A DNA stretch of 64,000 nt from Cyanobacteria bacterium P01_F01_bin.150 (GCA_039189765.1 JBCCYL010000008.1:64001-128000); one strand, 5' to 3'. Shown: positions 9,526 through 20,276, numbered from the stretch's first letter. Made by a program: numbers and translations. The notes: a model not told the origin generated them from the sequence alone.

Positions 9526-10491
9526 CTAAACCCCCCTAGTGAGTCCAGATTGCTCTAAGTCTGACAACTTATTGACAGCTAAACGATTCGGCAGAGTCGA
9601 TTCTACAGCTTTTTGTGGTTCCGTAGTTAAATTAACGGCCTCTCTTTGGGACAGCCGCTCTAGGTCGTCGGCGTCGGAGGAAGTGACTTTCGCTGCCGTA
9701 GAGACCTTTTCATTCGGTTGCTCCAATCTATCGTTGGCAGTGGATTTTTGACCTAGCGTTTTTTCAACATCGCCCTTGGGTAACTGAACATCGGGGGGAA
9801 GCGCACTGACATTGGGGGCCATCAAATTAGCTCCAACAATTCCTCCCGAAATCAACACTTTGAAGGCATCCTCAATGGGAATCGACAGATTAATCACATC
9901 TGATTCTGGCACGATCGCATACCAGCCGCTGGTAGGATTGGGCGTCGTCGGAATAATTACGCTCAGCATGGGACCTGTCACTTGGCCACTCAAGGTCGCA
10001 TTAACCGTGCCCGTGACAAATGCCATAGCCCAAATTCCCCGCCGTGGATATTCCACCAACACAACTCGGCTAAATTTTGTATTGGAATCCCCCAGGATTG
10101 TCTCTAAAATTTGCTTCAGCGTTTTATAGACTGAACCCGCTAGTGGAATAGCTTGTAGCAGCCGTTCACCGACGTCTAATAGCCAACGTCCCGCAATATT
10201 ACGAGCCATTAGCCCAATAAATAGAATGAAAGCAAGGGGTACAGCAAAACCAACAATTAAATTACTTATAGAAATGAGGAAGGGATTTAAATCATTAAAT
10301 GGATTCAGTTGCTTGGGAATCCGGGTCAAAAAGTCAATCACCCAACTGGCAATAGTGAACGTCAACCAGATCGTTGTCGCCAGAGGAATAATGACCAGTA
10401 ACCCTGCAATCAGATCATTCTTTAGATCCTGCTTAAGCCTTTGAAGCACAGATAGCTTAATCTCCTTTAGATTGACCATGTCCACTCGCAT
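9526..10491 (-). CDS. DUF502 membrane protein
   Basis: IAGLLVIIPLATT, IPLAGSVYKTLKQI, VVLVEYPR, PTTPNPTSG; low-complexity C-tail; start may be 10479. Confidence 0.9.
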   Translation of the reverse strand: MRVDMVNLKEIKLSVLQRLKQDLKNDLIAGLLVIIPLATTIWLTFTIASWVIDFLTRIPKQLNPFNDLNPFLISISNLIVGFAVPLAFILFIGLMARNIAGRWLLDVGERLLQAIPLAGSVYKTLKQILETILGDSNTKFSRVVLVEYPRRGIWAMAFVTGTVNATLSGQVTGPMLSVIIPTTPNPTSGWYAIVPESDVINLSIPIEDAFKVLISGGIVGANLMAPNVSALPPDVQLPKGDVEKTLGQKSTANDRLEQPNEKVSTAAKVTSSDADDLERLSQREAVNLTTEPQKAVESTLPNRLAVNKLSDLEQSGLTRGV

Positions 10492-10644
10492 TAAACAACT
10501 GACGCCTGCCGTGGACCAAAACTAGAGCCCATGTCAATACACTGCTCATGCCTGGTGCCCAAGCCTTATGATGGCACTCTTCGTTTTATTCTAATGACTT
10601 ATGGGGTGCAAAGGCAGGTTTCTATGATATTTCCTCGATTAGAC

Positions 10645-10698
10645 GGGTATCAATTTTAGGCGTTAGTGGGGGTGCGTCGCGCCCCCACTAACGTTAAT
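10645..10698 (-). mobile_element. Family A element, truncated copy
   Basis: GGGTATCAATTTTAGGCG end plus perfect 12-bp stem CGTTAGTGGGGG/CCCCCACTAACG; flanked by TTAGAC direct repeats. Confidence 0.7.
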
Positions 10699-11080
10699 TT
10701 AGACAGCCATCATAGCTTTATAGAAAAATGAGGCATCAATGTTAGGTGACGAACATGGACACATTGCACTCACACCACCGTTCATCTTGGTTCGCCTTAC
10801 AACAATCCCCGAGAAATTGTTCTTTGAAAAAAGACAAAAGTGGTAATATTGAACTATAACAGTCGTAGATAGCGGTAGAATAGGCATGCTCAACAAACTT
10901 TCTGGGCAAAGCATCTAGCCCCTTGGCCAGTAAAGATTTCACACAGAAAGTCGAAAGAAAATCTAGTGGAAAGCCGTGAAGATGGCGATAGCCTTGCAGA
11001 ATAGAGTTCAAGCCGTCTTATCAGTCTTGTATTCAATACATGTAAACCAACAATCAAACAACAACCAGGAGGCTATAGAG

Positions 11081-11437
11081 ATGGGGATCAATACCGTACA
11101 GCTAGTGGGTCGAGCCGGAACCGATCCGGACGTTCGCTTTTTTGAATCCGGAAGTGTTGTGTGCAATTTTAACCTTGCCGTCAATCGCCGTAAGCGAGAT
11201 AGTCCTCCTGATTGGTTCAGGCTAGAGTTCTGGGGTCGTCAAGCAGAAGTGGCCAAAGATTACGTTCGCAAAGGCAGCCTGATTGGCATTACTGGCTCTC
11301 TAAAAATCGACACGTGGCAAGATCGTAATACTGGAGCACAACGATTTTCTCCAGTGATTCGGGTCGATCGTCTTGATTTACTCGGATCCAAGCGAGATAT
11401 CGAGCAGCCAATGGCCAGCAGCTACGAAGAATTCTAG
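11081..11437 (+). CDS. ssb: Single-stranded DNA-binding protein
   Basis: INTVQLVGRAG.DP.VRFFESG, F.LAVNR, W.R.AEVA..YVRKGSLIGI.G.L, acidic tail ending EEF. Confidence 0.95.
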   Translation: MGINTVQLVGRAGTDPDVRFFESGSVVCNFNLAVNRRKRDSPPDWFRLEFWGRQAEVAKDYVRKGSLIGITGSLKIDTWQDRNTGAQRFSPVIRVDRLDLLGSKRDIEQPMASSYEEF

Positions 11438-11438
11438 A

Positions 11439-12497
11439 TTACTCCTCAGGCAGCATCTGAATTCGAATGGTTTTCGATAGCTCACTGTTAGCTTCACCAA
11501 GCTGGATCTGAAGAATTTCACCAGACAGCGGCGTTAGCGCATCAAGCATTGATCGGATGTGGGGCGTGCTTGCGCCGCTGTCTAAGTACACTCGTTCAGA
11601 TAGCTTGTTAATGCGCTTCCAAGATGTGTAGACTTTGGCGATCGCCTGTTCTAACTGGGATGCTTGATTCACCATTTCCGCCGTAGAATTCAACGCTCCA
11701 ATTCGTAAAGCTTCTTCCAGCGCCAACTCCAAATCTAAACTTTTGTCCGCTTGAAGCGCCTGTACTTCTGTCGCTGCTTGCAGGTATTTTGCCAAGTACT
11801 TCGCTTCGGACGTAGCCTGTTTGACGCCATCAATGGAAGGTTCAGCGGCCACTTCCTGACGAATCGTTTCTTGATGGACTTCTGGTAGCTTCTCTAGCTC
11901 TTTTACTAGAGGAGCCACATACTTCGTTGGAATGGTATTATCCGCCGCCTTTTCTTTTACTTCCTCAGGCAGAAGATCGGATGACATGGCGGTCCACTCA
12001 TCCGATAGCTGACGCACTTCGCGACGCGTAATGCGATCGCCCTGGTGGGCTGCATCACTCACTAATTGTTGGACCTCAGGCGGCGACTGGGCCGTTTCGA
12101 CAAATGCTTTTTTGCTAAAACGGTTGACGTCATCGGGTTCTAACATTCCTTCCTGGAGCAAAACATCAGCACTGTCTGCCAGCTCCATTAGTTGATAGGC
12201 CTGACTTTTACTAATTTCTCGCTCACTCAGCCAGTTGAGGAATCCACCGCCTCGACTATCACCCTGGGCTTTCTCGCGATCGCGCACCGCCTTTAAAATT
12301 CGCCCACGCCAAATATCCGTTTGTAAGTCAAAGCGATCGCACACTTGCCATGCTTGATTGACCTGAGTCTGAAAATCGATCTCCGTAATCTGATCATCTT
12401 CAGGATCTGGAAGTTGAAACTGTAAATCTCCAGTCGAAGAAATTTCATGAATCGCCGAGTTATGGGGGTCTCGTAGAGTATCAGCGGCTTGAACCAT
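11439..12497 (-). CDS. Conserved cyanobacterial hypothetical helical protein
   Basis: 352-aa ORF; FDLQTDIWRGRIL and GGGFLNWL.EREISKSQAY (HTH-like) segments. Confidence 0.75.
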   Translation of the reverse strand: MVQAADTLRDPHNSAIHEISSTGDLQFQLPDPEDDQITEIDFQTQVNQAWQVCDRFDLQTDIWRGRILKAVRDREKAQGDSRGGGFLNWLSEREISKSQAYQLMELADSADVLLQEGMLEPDDVNRFSKKAFVETAQSPPEVQQLVSDAAHQGDRITRREVRQLSDEWTAMSSDLLPEEVKEKAADNTIPTKYVAPLVKELEKLPEVHQETIRQEVAAEPSIDGVKQATSEAKYLAKYLQAATEVQALQADKSLDLELALEEALRIGALNSTAEMVNQASQLEQAIAKVYTSWKRINKLSERVYLDSGASTPHIRSMLDALTPLSGEILQIQLGEANSELSKTIRIQMLPEE

Positions 12498-12661
12498 ATT
12501 TTTGTTATCCGGTGGCCAAAATAATGGGCAGAGTATTAAATACTAATGTTCTGAGAACTATCAGCCGCCATATTATGCCATGCCTCTCTTCACTTTAAGA
12601 GATTGTTAGGGATTATCTCAATTTGGAGGGCGATCGCCTTCAGGGCTGAATCATTAACGTC

Positions 12662-13462
12662 TTACCAGCCTTCCCTCGTTAAGTCTTTGAGATGCTCTAA
12701 ACGTTCAATTGTTAGTCGCGTCTGACATCTTAATTCCAAGGCATCTCTGCGAGCCATGCCTTCATAGGTACGCCCATCGTCCAGTTCATCAATGTCGGGA
12801 AAATAGGGATTAGCCATTACCTGTGTAGCTTCAAACTCACAGTGAGCTTCTCTATAAGAGAGCCACAGCAATTGAGCAGTATTGTAGCGTGGTGCGTTGT
12901 CTCGATCCCCCCAACGACTATATTCACGCCAATGAGCATCTCTTTTATTCCAATCAGTATCAGGGTCCGGCTGTAATTCCATATCTAGCTCCTGTAAGCG
13001 TTGAAACGCTACGTCAGGGTCTAGCGTCACGTCCCCCCAAAACTGTAGTGCAGCGATTCGTTCATTAGTTAACGATGCCCGACAGTTGCCCCAGAGCATA
13101 GGGTAAGCTGAACCACCTAGGACTTGCTGAGCAACCAAATCACAATGTTCATCCCGAAACCTATTCCATACTTGATGGATACTCTCTAGCTCTGATTGTT
13201 GAGTCTCTAGAAGAGAAACGTTTATCTCGTCATACACTAACTCATGAAGATGCTCAGATACCTGCAACCAGCGACCGATACAGCGATTTAAGGGCTGTTG
13301 GGCAAAATCGCCACAGTAAGGCTGAGCAACGCCCGGAATCGAATCGTTTGTCAACCCTGAAGCAGGTACGCCCAGCGCAGGCAACGCCCAACCAGCAACA
13401 CTGATAAGGCTTAAAATAGGCATTGACATCATCAAACATCGAAGCATCATCGTTGACATCAC
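12662..13462 (-). CDS. LprI/DUF1311-like exported protein with two repeats
   Basis: Signal peptide; Q..W..FRDEHC...GGSAYPM....C...LT.ER motif repeated as QLLWLSYREAHC...C.TRLT.ER; exact start uncertain. Confidence 0.75.
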   Translation of the reverse strand: MMSTMMLRCLMMSMPILSLISVAGWALPALGVPASGLTNDSIPGVAQPYCGDFAQQPLNRCIGRWLQVSEHLHELVYDEINVSLLETQQSELESIHQVWNRFRDEHCDLVAQQVLGGSAYPMLWGNCRASLTNERIAALQFWGDVTLDPDVAFQRLQELDMELQPDPDTDWNKRDAHWREYSRWGDRDNAPRYNTAQLLWLSYREAHCEFEATQVMANPYFPDIDELDDGRTYEGMARRDALELRCQTRLTIERLEHLKDLTREGW

Positions 13463-13503
13463 CTTTTATTTAGCTCAAGTGGGTCTCTAATGGATTCAGA
13501 CCT

Positions 13504-14664
13504 TCATAGCACGTATCCCTGAGGTTTCATGGACCAGTGATCAAGAAGGAGGTATAGCTGCTCACGGGGGGTTGGATTAGCAGGACGCCCCTGAGTCTCA
13601 TCTGGAAAACGGTCTAATTGACCATCTAGATACAAGTCAGTGGCAGCCACTAACAATCTGCGAAATTGGGGACGAGCATCATCAATTGCACGGAGATTAT
13701 ATCGAGATGAAGCAGAGGGCGATTGACCCAGCTTCTGCATAAGTTTGTCGTTTAACGGAAATTGCAGTCGTAAATAATTGGATTGTGAGGTCGACCCGGT
13801 ATTGGCAAAACGCGGGGAACGGGACATCAATTGTTCAGTAATATAGCGATGAATATCGTTGGGCGCATCCATCAAAACATCCGCAATTCTGGGTGCCCAC
13901 TGACTCAGTCCCCAACCCCTGACTTGTTGCCAAAGCAGCGGCTGAGCTGGGTCGCCTGTACCAATAGATAATACTTTAATCTGACTTAAGCACGCCGACA
14001 CCAACTTAGACGGTAGCCGTTTTGACAAAAGCTTAGCTCCTGCTACCACTGCACAAGAGGTCGGATTATTTGCGCATACGCCTCCATCCACTAAGGAATA
14101 TTCCTGGTTAAGACCATAGGATTTCGGATCAATACGGTGAGCGGGAAAATAAGTGGGTGCAGACGCAGAGCTAATACACGCATCTGCTAACGACAACGTC
14201 TTATACCATTTATGACGGTACCAACTTTTAAAGATGACAGGTCTGCGCCGAACCGTATCGTAGCTAGTAATCAAAACATGCAATCCGTAGGGAGAAGTAG
14301 GCGTGATATCGCCCAGTGTCAAATTCCCTAAATGTCCTGAGATAACCTTTACCAGCCCCTGATCGGAAAATTTTGGAGCTGAAATGCCATGTTTCAACAT
14401 AAGCGGAATGCGCCCAAGCGCCCAATAGTTCCGATAGGGAAAAATATCTTTGCCCTCTTTCTCATAGATATTAAAGATTTCTGAAGCGGACAAACCAGCA
14501 GCGATCGCTCCTGCAATTATCGCCCCTGTTGATGTTCCCGCGATTAAATCGAAGTGGTCTCTCAGAGGACCGCCCCCTAAGCGTTCCTCGACCTGCTTCA
14601 AAATATGGGCAGAGACGATCCCCCGCATTCCGCCACCATCTAAACTCAGAATGCGAAATACCAT
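13504..14664 (-). CDS. Patatin-like phospholipase
   Basis: DGGGMRG, GTSTG, SASAPTYF and DGG catalytic motifs are intact. Confidence 0.92.
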   Translation of the reverse strand: MVFRILSLDGGGMRGIVSAHILKQVEERLGGGPLRDHFDLIAGTSTGAIIAGAIAAGLSASEIFNIYEKEGKDIFPYRNYWALGRIPLMLKHGISAPKFSDQGLVKVISGHLGNLTLGDITPTSPYGLHVLITSYDTVRRRPVIFKSWYRHKWYKTLSLADACISSASAPTYFPAHRIDPKSYGLNQEYSLVDGGVCANNPTSCAVVAGAKLLSKRLPSKLVSACLSQIKVLSIGTGDPAQPLLWQQVRGWGLSQWAPRIADVLMDAPNDIHRYITEQLMSRSPRFANTGSTSQSNYLRLQFPLNDKLMQKLGQSPSASSRYNLRAIDDARPQFRRLLVAATDLYLDGQLDRFPDETQGRPANPTPREQLYLLLDHWSMKPQGYVL

Positions 14665-14700
14665 GATGTACCCCCTAATCGATAGCCGTCGTTGATATCC

Positions 14701-16671
14701 CTATCGAATTCCTAACAAAATCATTAACTGATAGGGTTCTAGGACCAACTTTTGCATTGCAGTAATGGTTTTACCCGACACAATATCGGTAAAGGTTTTA
14801 CGCAAACCCAACAGCCGTAATCGTTTGGCCACCACTTCCTGTGGTTTCTCCGTAAAGTTGGCTAGCACGAGGACATTTTGATTCCAATCGTGCCGAAAAT
14901 AGCCAAATACATGATTATTACCTGGGTCCATAATATCGGTTTCACCATTTGTAAACGCGCGATTCTGCTGACGAATTTGAATCAATCGCAGCAGCCCTTG
15001 GTAAATACGACCGGGGATAGTGTCAATGTCCGAGCGTTCTTCAGCCCGTTCCCAGTCAAACCCAAGTCGATGCAGCCAGCGACTGTCGCCCTCTTTATCA
15101 GGGTCATTGCTGTAGTCATAGTCATTTACCATGCCCAACTCATCCCCCAAATAAATTAGCGGAATACCACCAATTGTTAAAAGAATACCGTGGAGCAAAA
15201 GAATACGACGAATGGCAAGATCAATTTCAATTTCATTCCCCTCAAACAATCCCTTTTCCAATCCACACAAAGACGCCGTTGTTCCTGACACTCTGGCATC
15301 CCCAGTCTTGGGGTTTTCCTGAAATGGTTGACCACGCCCAAATGAGCCGGGAAATTGGCCGGTATAGAAAGACGTTAGAAATTTACGATGGTCATTAAAG
15401 TTTAAATTAATTTCCACCGCATCTTCATCGGAAAAGGCCCAACCAATATCGTCATGACAGCGAATATAGTTGACCCAGGCACAGCCTGATGGAATCGACA
15501 GCCGCTTTTCCATCGCATGGCGCAGCAGGCTGACTTCCCGCGTAGCCAAGGCATTCCATAGCAGGGCCATTAGCTGAGGATTATATGAAAGCTGGCACTC
15601 ATCTTTGCCGATGTACTTATTGACTTCATCGGGATGGACAATTGCCTCAGACTTAAACACCAAAGCAGGTGCTGCGATTTGAACTAAGGCATTAAACGCT
15701 TGAATAATAAGATGGGCTTCTGGCAAATTCTCACAGCGGGTACCCACCTGTTTCCAGAGAAAAGCCACCGCATCCAGCCGCAATACCTCTACTCCAACGT
15801 TAGCTAAAAAGAGCATTTCACCAGCCATACGGCTAAAGACGGTGGGATTTTCGTAGTTCAAATCCCACTGAAAGTTATGAAAAGTAGTCCACACCCATTT
15901 ACGGATACGGTTGCGATAGGTAAAACAGCCCGGGTGTTCATCAGGAAAAACCGCCACAATACTCTCTTCAAAAGCATCGGGCAGATCACGGCTGGAATAC
16001 ATGCGGTAGTATTCCTGGTAATCCTCATGACCCGCTAGCGCTTTCGTCGCCCAGTCATGCTCATCAGAGGTGTGATTGAAGACAAAATCCAGAGCCAAAC
16101 TAATGCCATGACGCCGCAGTTCGGACGCCAACTCTTGCATTTGTTCAATGGTCCCTAACTGCGGATCGACGTCCCGATAGCTACTAACAGCGTAGCCGCC
16201 ATCGTTGTCCCCCTCGGGACTCTTAAAGATGGGCATGAGGTGTAGGTAGGTAATCCCCATTTCAGTGAGGTAAGGAATGCGATCGCTAATTCCTTGTAAA
16301 TCCCCCGCAAACAAATCTACGTAACACATTGTGCCCACCATGCGGTTGGCTTGATACCAATGAGGATCTGCCTCCCGCATAACATCAAGGGCTTTTAAAT
16401 CATCAGGACGCTCCACCCACATTTGAGTCGCCGTAGCCATAATGTCTTCTAAATGATAGAAAAAATCATATTGCTGGCCATAGAGTTGAAAAAGCAGCTT
16501 AAACAAACGAGGAAAATGGGTGTGAATGCGCTGCACGTAGCCATGCCAATCACCTTGGTCCACCTGATCGGCAAACCGAGCTTTCAGACGAGGCATTAAC
16601 CGTGATAAAGATGTTTGAATCTCCTTTGAAAAAGAAATGGGTTCACCCATGACCGTTCTTGATTGCCGCAT
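14701..16671 (-). CDS. Amylosucrase (GH13)
   Basis: YVDLFAG, DGGYAVS, FVFNHTS, RLDAVAF, KSEAIV, RCHDDIGW, RVSGT..SL. Confidence 0.9.
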   Translation of the reverse strand: MRQSRTVMGEPISFSKEIQTSLSRLMPRLKARFADQVDQGDWHGYVQRIHTHFPRLFKLLFQLYGQQYDFFYHLEDIMATATQMWVERPDDLKALDVMREADPHWYQANRMVGTMCYVDLFAGDLQGISDRIPYLTEMGITYLHLMPIFKSPEGDNDGGYAVSSYRDVDPQLGTIEQMQELASELRRHGISLALDFVFNHTSDEHDWATKALAGHEDYQEYYRMYSSRDLPDAFEESIVAVFPDEHPGCFTYRNRIRKWVWTTFHNFQWDLNYENPTVFSRMAGEMLFLANVGVEVLRLDAVAFLWKQVGTRCENLPEAHLIIQAFNALVQIAAPALVFKSEAIVHPDEVNKYIGKDECQLSYNPQLMALLWNALATREVSLLRHAMEKRLSIPSGCAWVNYIRCHDDIGWAFSDEDAVEINLNFNDHRKFLTSFYTGQFPGSFGRGQPFQENPKTGDARVSGTTASLCGLEKGLFEGNEIEIDLAIRRILLLHGILLTIGGIPLIYLGDELGMVNDYDYSNDPDKEGDSRWLHRLGFDWERAEERSDIDTIPGRIYQGLLRLIQIRQQNRAFTNGETDIMDPGNNHVFGYFRHDWNQNVLVLANFTEKPQEVVAKRLRLLGLRKTFTDIVSGKTITAMQKLVLEPYQLMILLGIR

Positions 16672-17226
16672 AGTGAAGAGTAATGAAGAGTAGGGCTAGA
16701 CCAATATAGCAAGAACACCGATATCAAAAACCCGATTCATGTTCTCTTGACACAAAATTTGGATATTTATTGCACTCTAGAGTAAAAATTAGGTAGAAAT
16801 GAGGGTGTCTCCATTCACATGGAAGAACTTGTTTATTGATTTCGGATTGTATTTTAAGCTGGAATGCTAAAGTTTGCATCCTAGTCTTTCGTTAAATTCT
16901 TGCAAGCTTCAAATACAATCCTTGCTCTTTGCACTTCAATTTAGCGTCGTCTTTAAAAAACAACGCTGTATCTCCTAAAAAATGTAAAGAAACAAGAGAT
17001 TTTCTAAGGGATCTACACTGGGTTGAATATGATGTTTCCATCAAAATCTGAGTTTTCACAGAGGGTAAAACTGCTCACCATCAACTGCTCACCATCGTTG
17101 GCCAAGAATAGTTGCAGGCTCAAACTGCTTATCCTTTTCTAGCTAAAGATGGTTTCAAGCTCATAGGTCTCAATTTTAAGACTGTTTTCTAACAATCAAA
17201 CCGTTGCTCTCTGGAGCCATAGTCCG

Positions 17227-17955
17227 TTGAACCCGATTAACCTGAGTCAATCCACAACCCAAATTATGCCGGTAAATCACCCTAATGATCTACCAGCAGT
17301 GCTCACTGCCTTATCATTGGAAAAAAGGCGACCAACCTTGGTGTTGGTGGGAGGTGCCAGCAAACTCAGTCCAGGGGACTTTGAGAAAGTGGAGACCTTA
17401 TTTTTAAAAGTACTAGCCCCCTTAGCCCAGGAATTAGGGCTAGCAGTTGTGGACGGGGGGACCGATGCAGGCATTATGAGGCTTATCGGGCAGGCTCGAA
17501 AGACCATCGGTGGGACCTTTCCGCTCATAGGAGTAGCTCCCTTGGGACTAGTTAATTTACCAAATCAGCCTGCGCTGAGTGGAGACTCTGCACCGCTAGA
17601 AGAACATCACACCCATTGCCTGTTGATTCCTGGTGATCAATGGGGTGACGAAAGTCCCTGGATTGCAACAGTAGCAAGTACTTTGGCGTCTGGTTTACCC
17701 TCCACAGCAATTCTCATTAACGGAGGAGAAGTCACCTGGAAAGATGCACAGTCAAATGTGGAGGTGAAGCGAAAAGTGGTAGTGGTTGATGGCAGTGGAC
17801 GTACGGCCGATATTCTAGCAGATGCGATCGCAGGGTATGAGGTGTCTGATCAACGGGCTCGCCCTTTGGTTGATTCAGGTTTTTTGAATAGTTTAGACCT
17901 CAATCAATCAGTCGAGCATTTAACAGCTCAAATTCGTCAATTCTTTACGACCTAA
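17227..17955 (+). CDS. SLOG-superfamily protein (TRPM-like, LSDAT-type)
   Basis: LVLVGGA, VVDGGTDAGIMRLIG, LIGVAP, HHTH..L..G..WGDESPWI, INGGE, GSGRTAD; start may be ATG 17266. Confidence 0.8.
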   Translation: MNPINLSQSTTQIMPVNHPNDLPAVLTALSLEKRRPTLVLVGGASKLSPGDFEKVETLFLKVLAPLAQELGLAVVDGGTDAGIMRLIGQARKTIGGTFPLIGVAPLGLVNLPNQPALSGDSAPLEEHHTHCLLIPGDQWGDESPWIATVASTLASGLPSTAILINGGEVTWKDAQSNVEVKRKVVVVDGSGRTADILADAIAGYEVSDQRARPLVDSGFLNSLDLNQSVEHLTAQIRQFFTT

Positions 17956-18052
17956 GTTTAAGCCTTTTCAAGAAATACGCGATCGCCCTGCTCTACATTG
18001 AGAGATTGAGAGATACTAAAATATTTTCCTTGGAATCATCCAATCGCATGGG

Positions 18053-20095
18053 TTATCGTATCAGCTGGAGCTGAATTTTTTGGGAAAGCCACACCTGGAC
18101 CCATCCTCTTGGTTTGCGGATGTAGGTCTCGGGATTGAGCCATTTGGGATACGGTGAAACGTATAAATCTGTCGGCTCAGGATCCTTGGCCCGGCCTCTT
18201 TTCTCAGCAGGTTGAAAGCCGGCTCCATGGATTAATTTAGCCAATATTTCCAGGGTAATATTCCAATCTTCAAACAGCTTTTGCCCCTGTTTAATATCGC
18301 TTTGAGCCTTGGCGATCGCATCAGGCATTACCCGTTCTAACAAAATTTGGATATTGTAGGCGGGAGTTTTCACGTCTTCCGCACGGCAAACAGCATCCAG
18401 CATCAAGTAGATAACTAAACGTATGGTCAATTCATGACCATACGCATCAAGTTGCAACAGATGCAGAGCAATTGTTCCAAATTGATTTAGGCTTTGGTTA
18501 CTATCATCAGTAAATGCCACATCCATAGAGGGTACTGGCGGATTGTACCCGCCATCTAACAGCTCTACCCATAATCCCGGGCGCACCGTTAGCAAGACAG
18601 TGCCGGTCGTTTCAATCTCCCCACTTTGACGATCAAATAGTCCTTGAGGAGTAATCATCACATCCCACAGCTTGCCAACGGGCGATCGCCCCATGGCTTG
18701 AGTATTTAATTTCCCCATCAAAGGCCCTATTGACTGTGATGGCGGTTCTGCATCGTCACTGATGGACTCTTGAGGCGGAATATTCGCCGCACTTTTCAGC
18801 TCAGAACTATCTTGGCCTTTGTAATCTACCCAAACTAGCTTTACCAACACACAAGACAGGGCATAGAGTAAATTGATAGCTTTCGTCTCTACATCCTGAT
18901 CATTTGTGAAATTGCCCATTTTAGCGGCATGGCCGCTAATAGTACGAGACGACGACCAGCCCAATGCTTCCACCAAATTTGCGGACGTTAACGTAAAAGG
19001 CTGATCCCAACGGGGATATTGAGTGGCATAGGCAGCCAAAAGAAACTGTAATTTAGCTGCGCTCAAGCCAAATTTTAGACGAATTTGTTCCACTAATTCC
19101 CACGGTAGCGCTTTAATATCGCGTGAACTGGTGATGTAGTGTTCTAAATATTGATGGCGATTTTGTTTAGCGTGGTAGCGTAAATAAGCAACTTCACGGG
19201 CATCAGATGACCATAAATCAGATTGAAATTGATCTGAAAATGATATAGTCCCGTCTTCGCCTTCCTGAACCGACAGCGGCAACTCACTGGCTAACTCCGC
19301 AATCGGACTGACATTTGACAGGGATTGCTCCACTTGAGGAGTTGCTTGGGACTCCTGTTGTTCGGTCAGACCTAATCGACGTCTCAATAAAGAGAGAGAT
19401 TGGTTTGCCAAATCCATTTCTTGGATAATACGCTGAGCCAATCGCTGGGCATAGGACTCTTCCATGGGCTTTAACCGCTCGCGAAGATTCATCGTCGGAG
19501 CTTCAAACATATATTGAAAGAGAATTTGGTTAAATTCTTCCCAGTCAAGGGATTCCAAAACGCGATCGCCCAAATCACGCTGCATCGCTTGTAACGCTTG
19601 GGAGACTAGCGTAGATCGAATATCTTCAGCAGTATCAGTCCAAAGGTTATAGCGATCGCACTGTTCTGCGGCCCAATTTTTAAGAGTTGTCAAAATGGTA
19701 TCACTCGTCATCTCTTGATCCAACTCGGCACCATATGCCTCAATCAAGTGCTGATAGATGGCGATGGCAATTAAATCCAGTAGGGTCGATTCATGGGCCA
19801 AATAATGGGTAACGGCAGACATCTCTGGCCGAATCACACTAATGGCAGCGTCTTGAGACACTCGCAGAGGGGAATCAGAGCTAGATGATGCTTTAGGAGC
19901 TTTAGGGGAGTTCAGAGTTTTTGGATGCTTGGATGGCTTGGATGCTTGATTGGGCGCAGACAAATTCGATGACAAAGAATCATCATTCCCCATGTAATCA
20001 GCCTGGTCAGCAGAGCTATGCTGAGAGCTGTAGTGGGATGTAGGATTTGATTTAGGCTGGTTCACAGCACATTTTCTCCACTTGCGATCGCCCAA
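18053..20095 (-). CDS. Large hypothetical protein, possibly related to cyanobacterial XRE-HTH/replication-initiator-like proteins
   Basis: 680-aa ORF; LAAYATQ..RWDQPF, VRPGLW and RKPRGW motifs; start uncertain. Confidence 0.6.
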   Translation of the reverse strand: MGDRKWRKCAVNQPKSNPTSHYSSQHSSADQADYMGNDDSLSSNLSAPNQASKPSKHPKTLNSPKAPKASSSSDSPLRVSQDAAISVIRPEMSAVTHYLAHESTLLDLIAIAIYQHLIEAYGAELDQEMTSDTILTTLKNWAAEQCDRYNLWTDTAEDIRSTLVSQALQAMQRDLGDRVLESLDWEEFNQILFQYMFEAPTMNLRERLKPMEESYAQRLAQRIIQEMDLANQSLSLLRRRLGLTEQQESQATPQVEQSLSNVSPIAELASELPLSVQEGEDGTISFSDQFQSDLWSSDAREVAYLRYHAKQNRHQYLEHYITSSRDIKALPWELVEQIRLKFGLSAAKLQFLLAAYATQYPRWDQPFTLTSANLVEALGWSSSRTISGHAAKMGNFTNDQDVETKAINLLYALSCVLVKLVWVDYKGQDSSELKSAANIPPQESISDDAEPPSQSIGPLMGKLNTQAMGRSPVGKLWDVMITPQGLFDRQSGEIETTGTVLLTVRPGLWVELLDGGYNPPVPSMDVAFTDDSNQSLNQFGTIALHLLQLDAYGHELTIRLVIYLMLDAVCRAEDVKTPAYNIQILLERVMPDAIAKAQSDIKQGQKLFEDWNITLEILAKLIHGAGFQPAEKRGRAKDPEPTDLYVSPYPKWLNPETYIRKPRGWVQVWLSQKIQLQLIR

Positions 20096-20276
20096 CGCAT
20101 CTCCAGCGTAGCTTAGGATAAACCTTTCAGAGAATGATTTTCGCTCAGTGTAAGAATTGGAGATGGAGGGTTAGGGTGTTGAAGAGTTGAGATGTTGAAG
20201 AGTTGGAGCGTTGGGCGTTGAAGAATGGGACAGGTCTAACTGCTTTATTCCTTAGCTCCTCTGCTCCCCCTCTCCT

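Noticed and set aside
13504..14664. CBASS system
   Set aside because: No cyclase (CD-NTase) or Cap2/Cap3 genes are adjacent to the patatin
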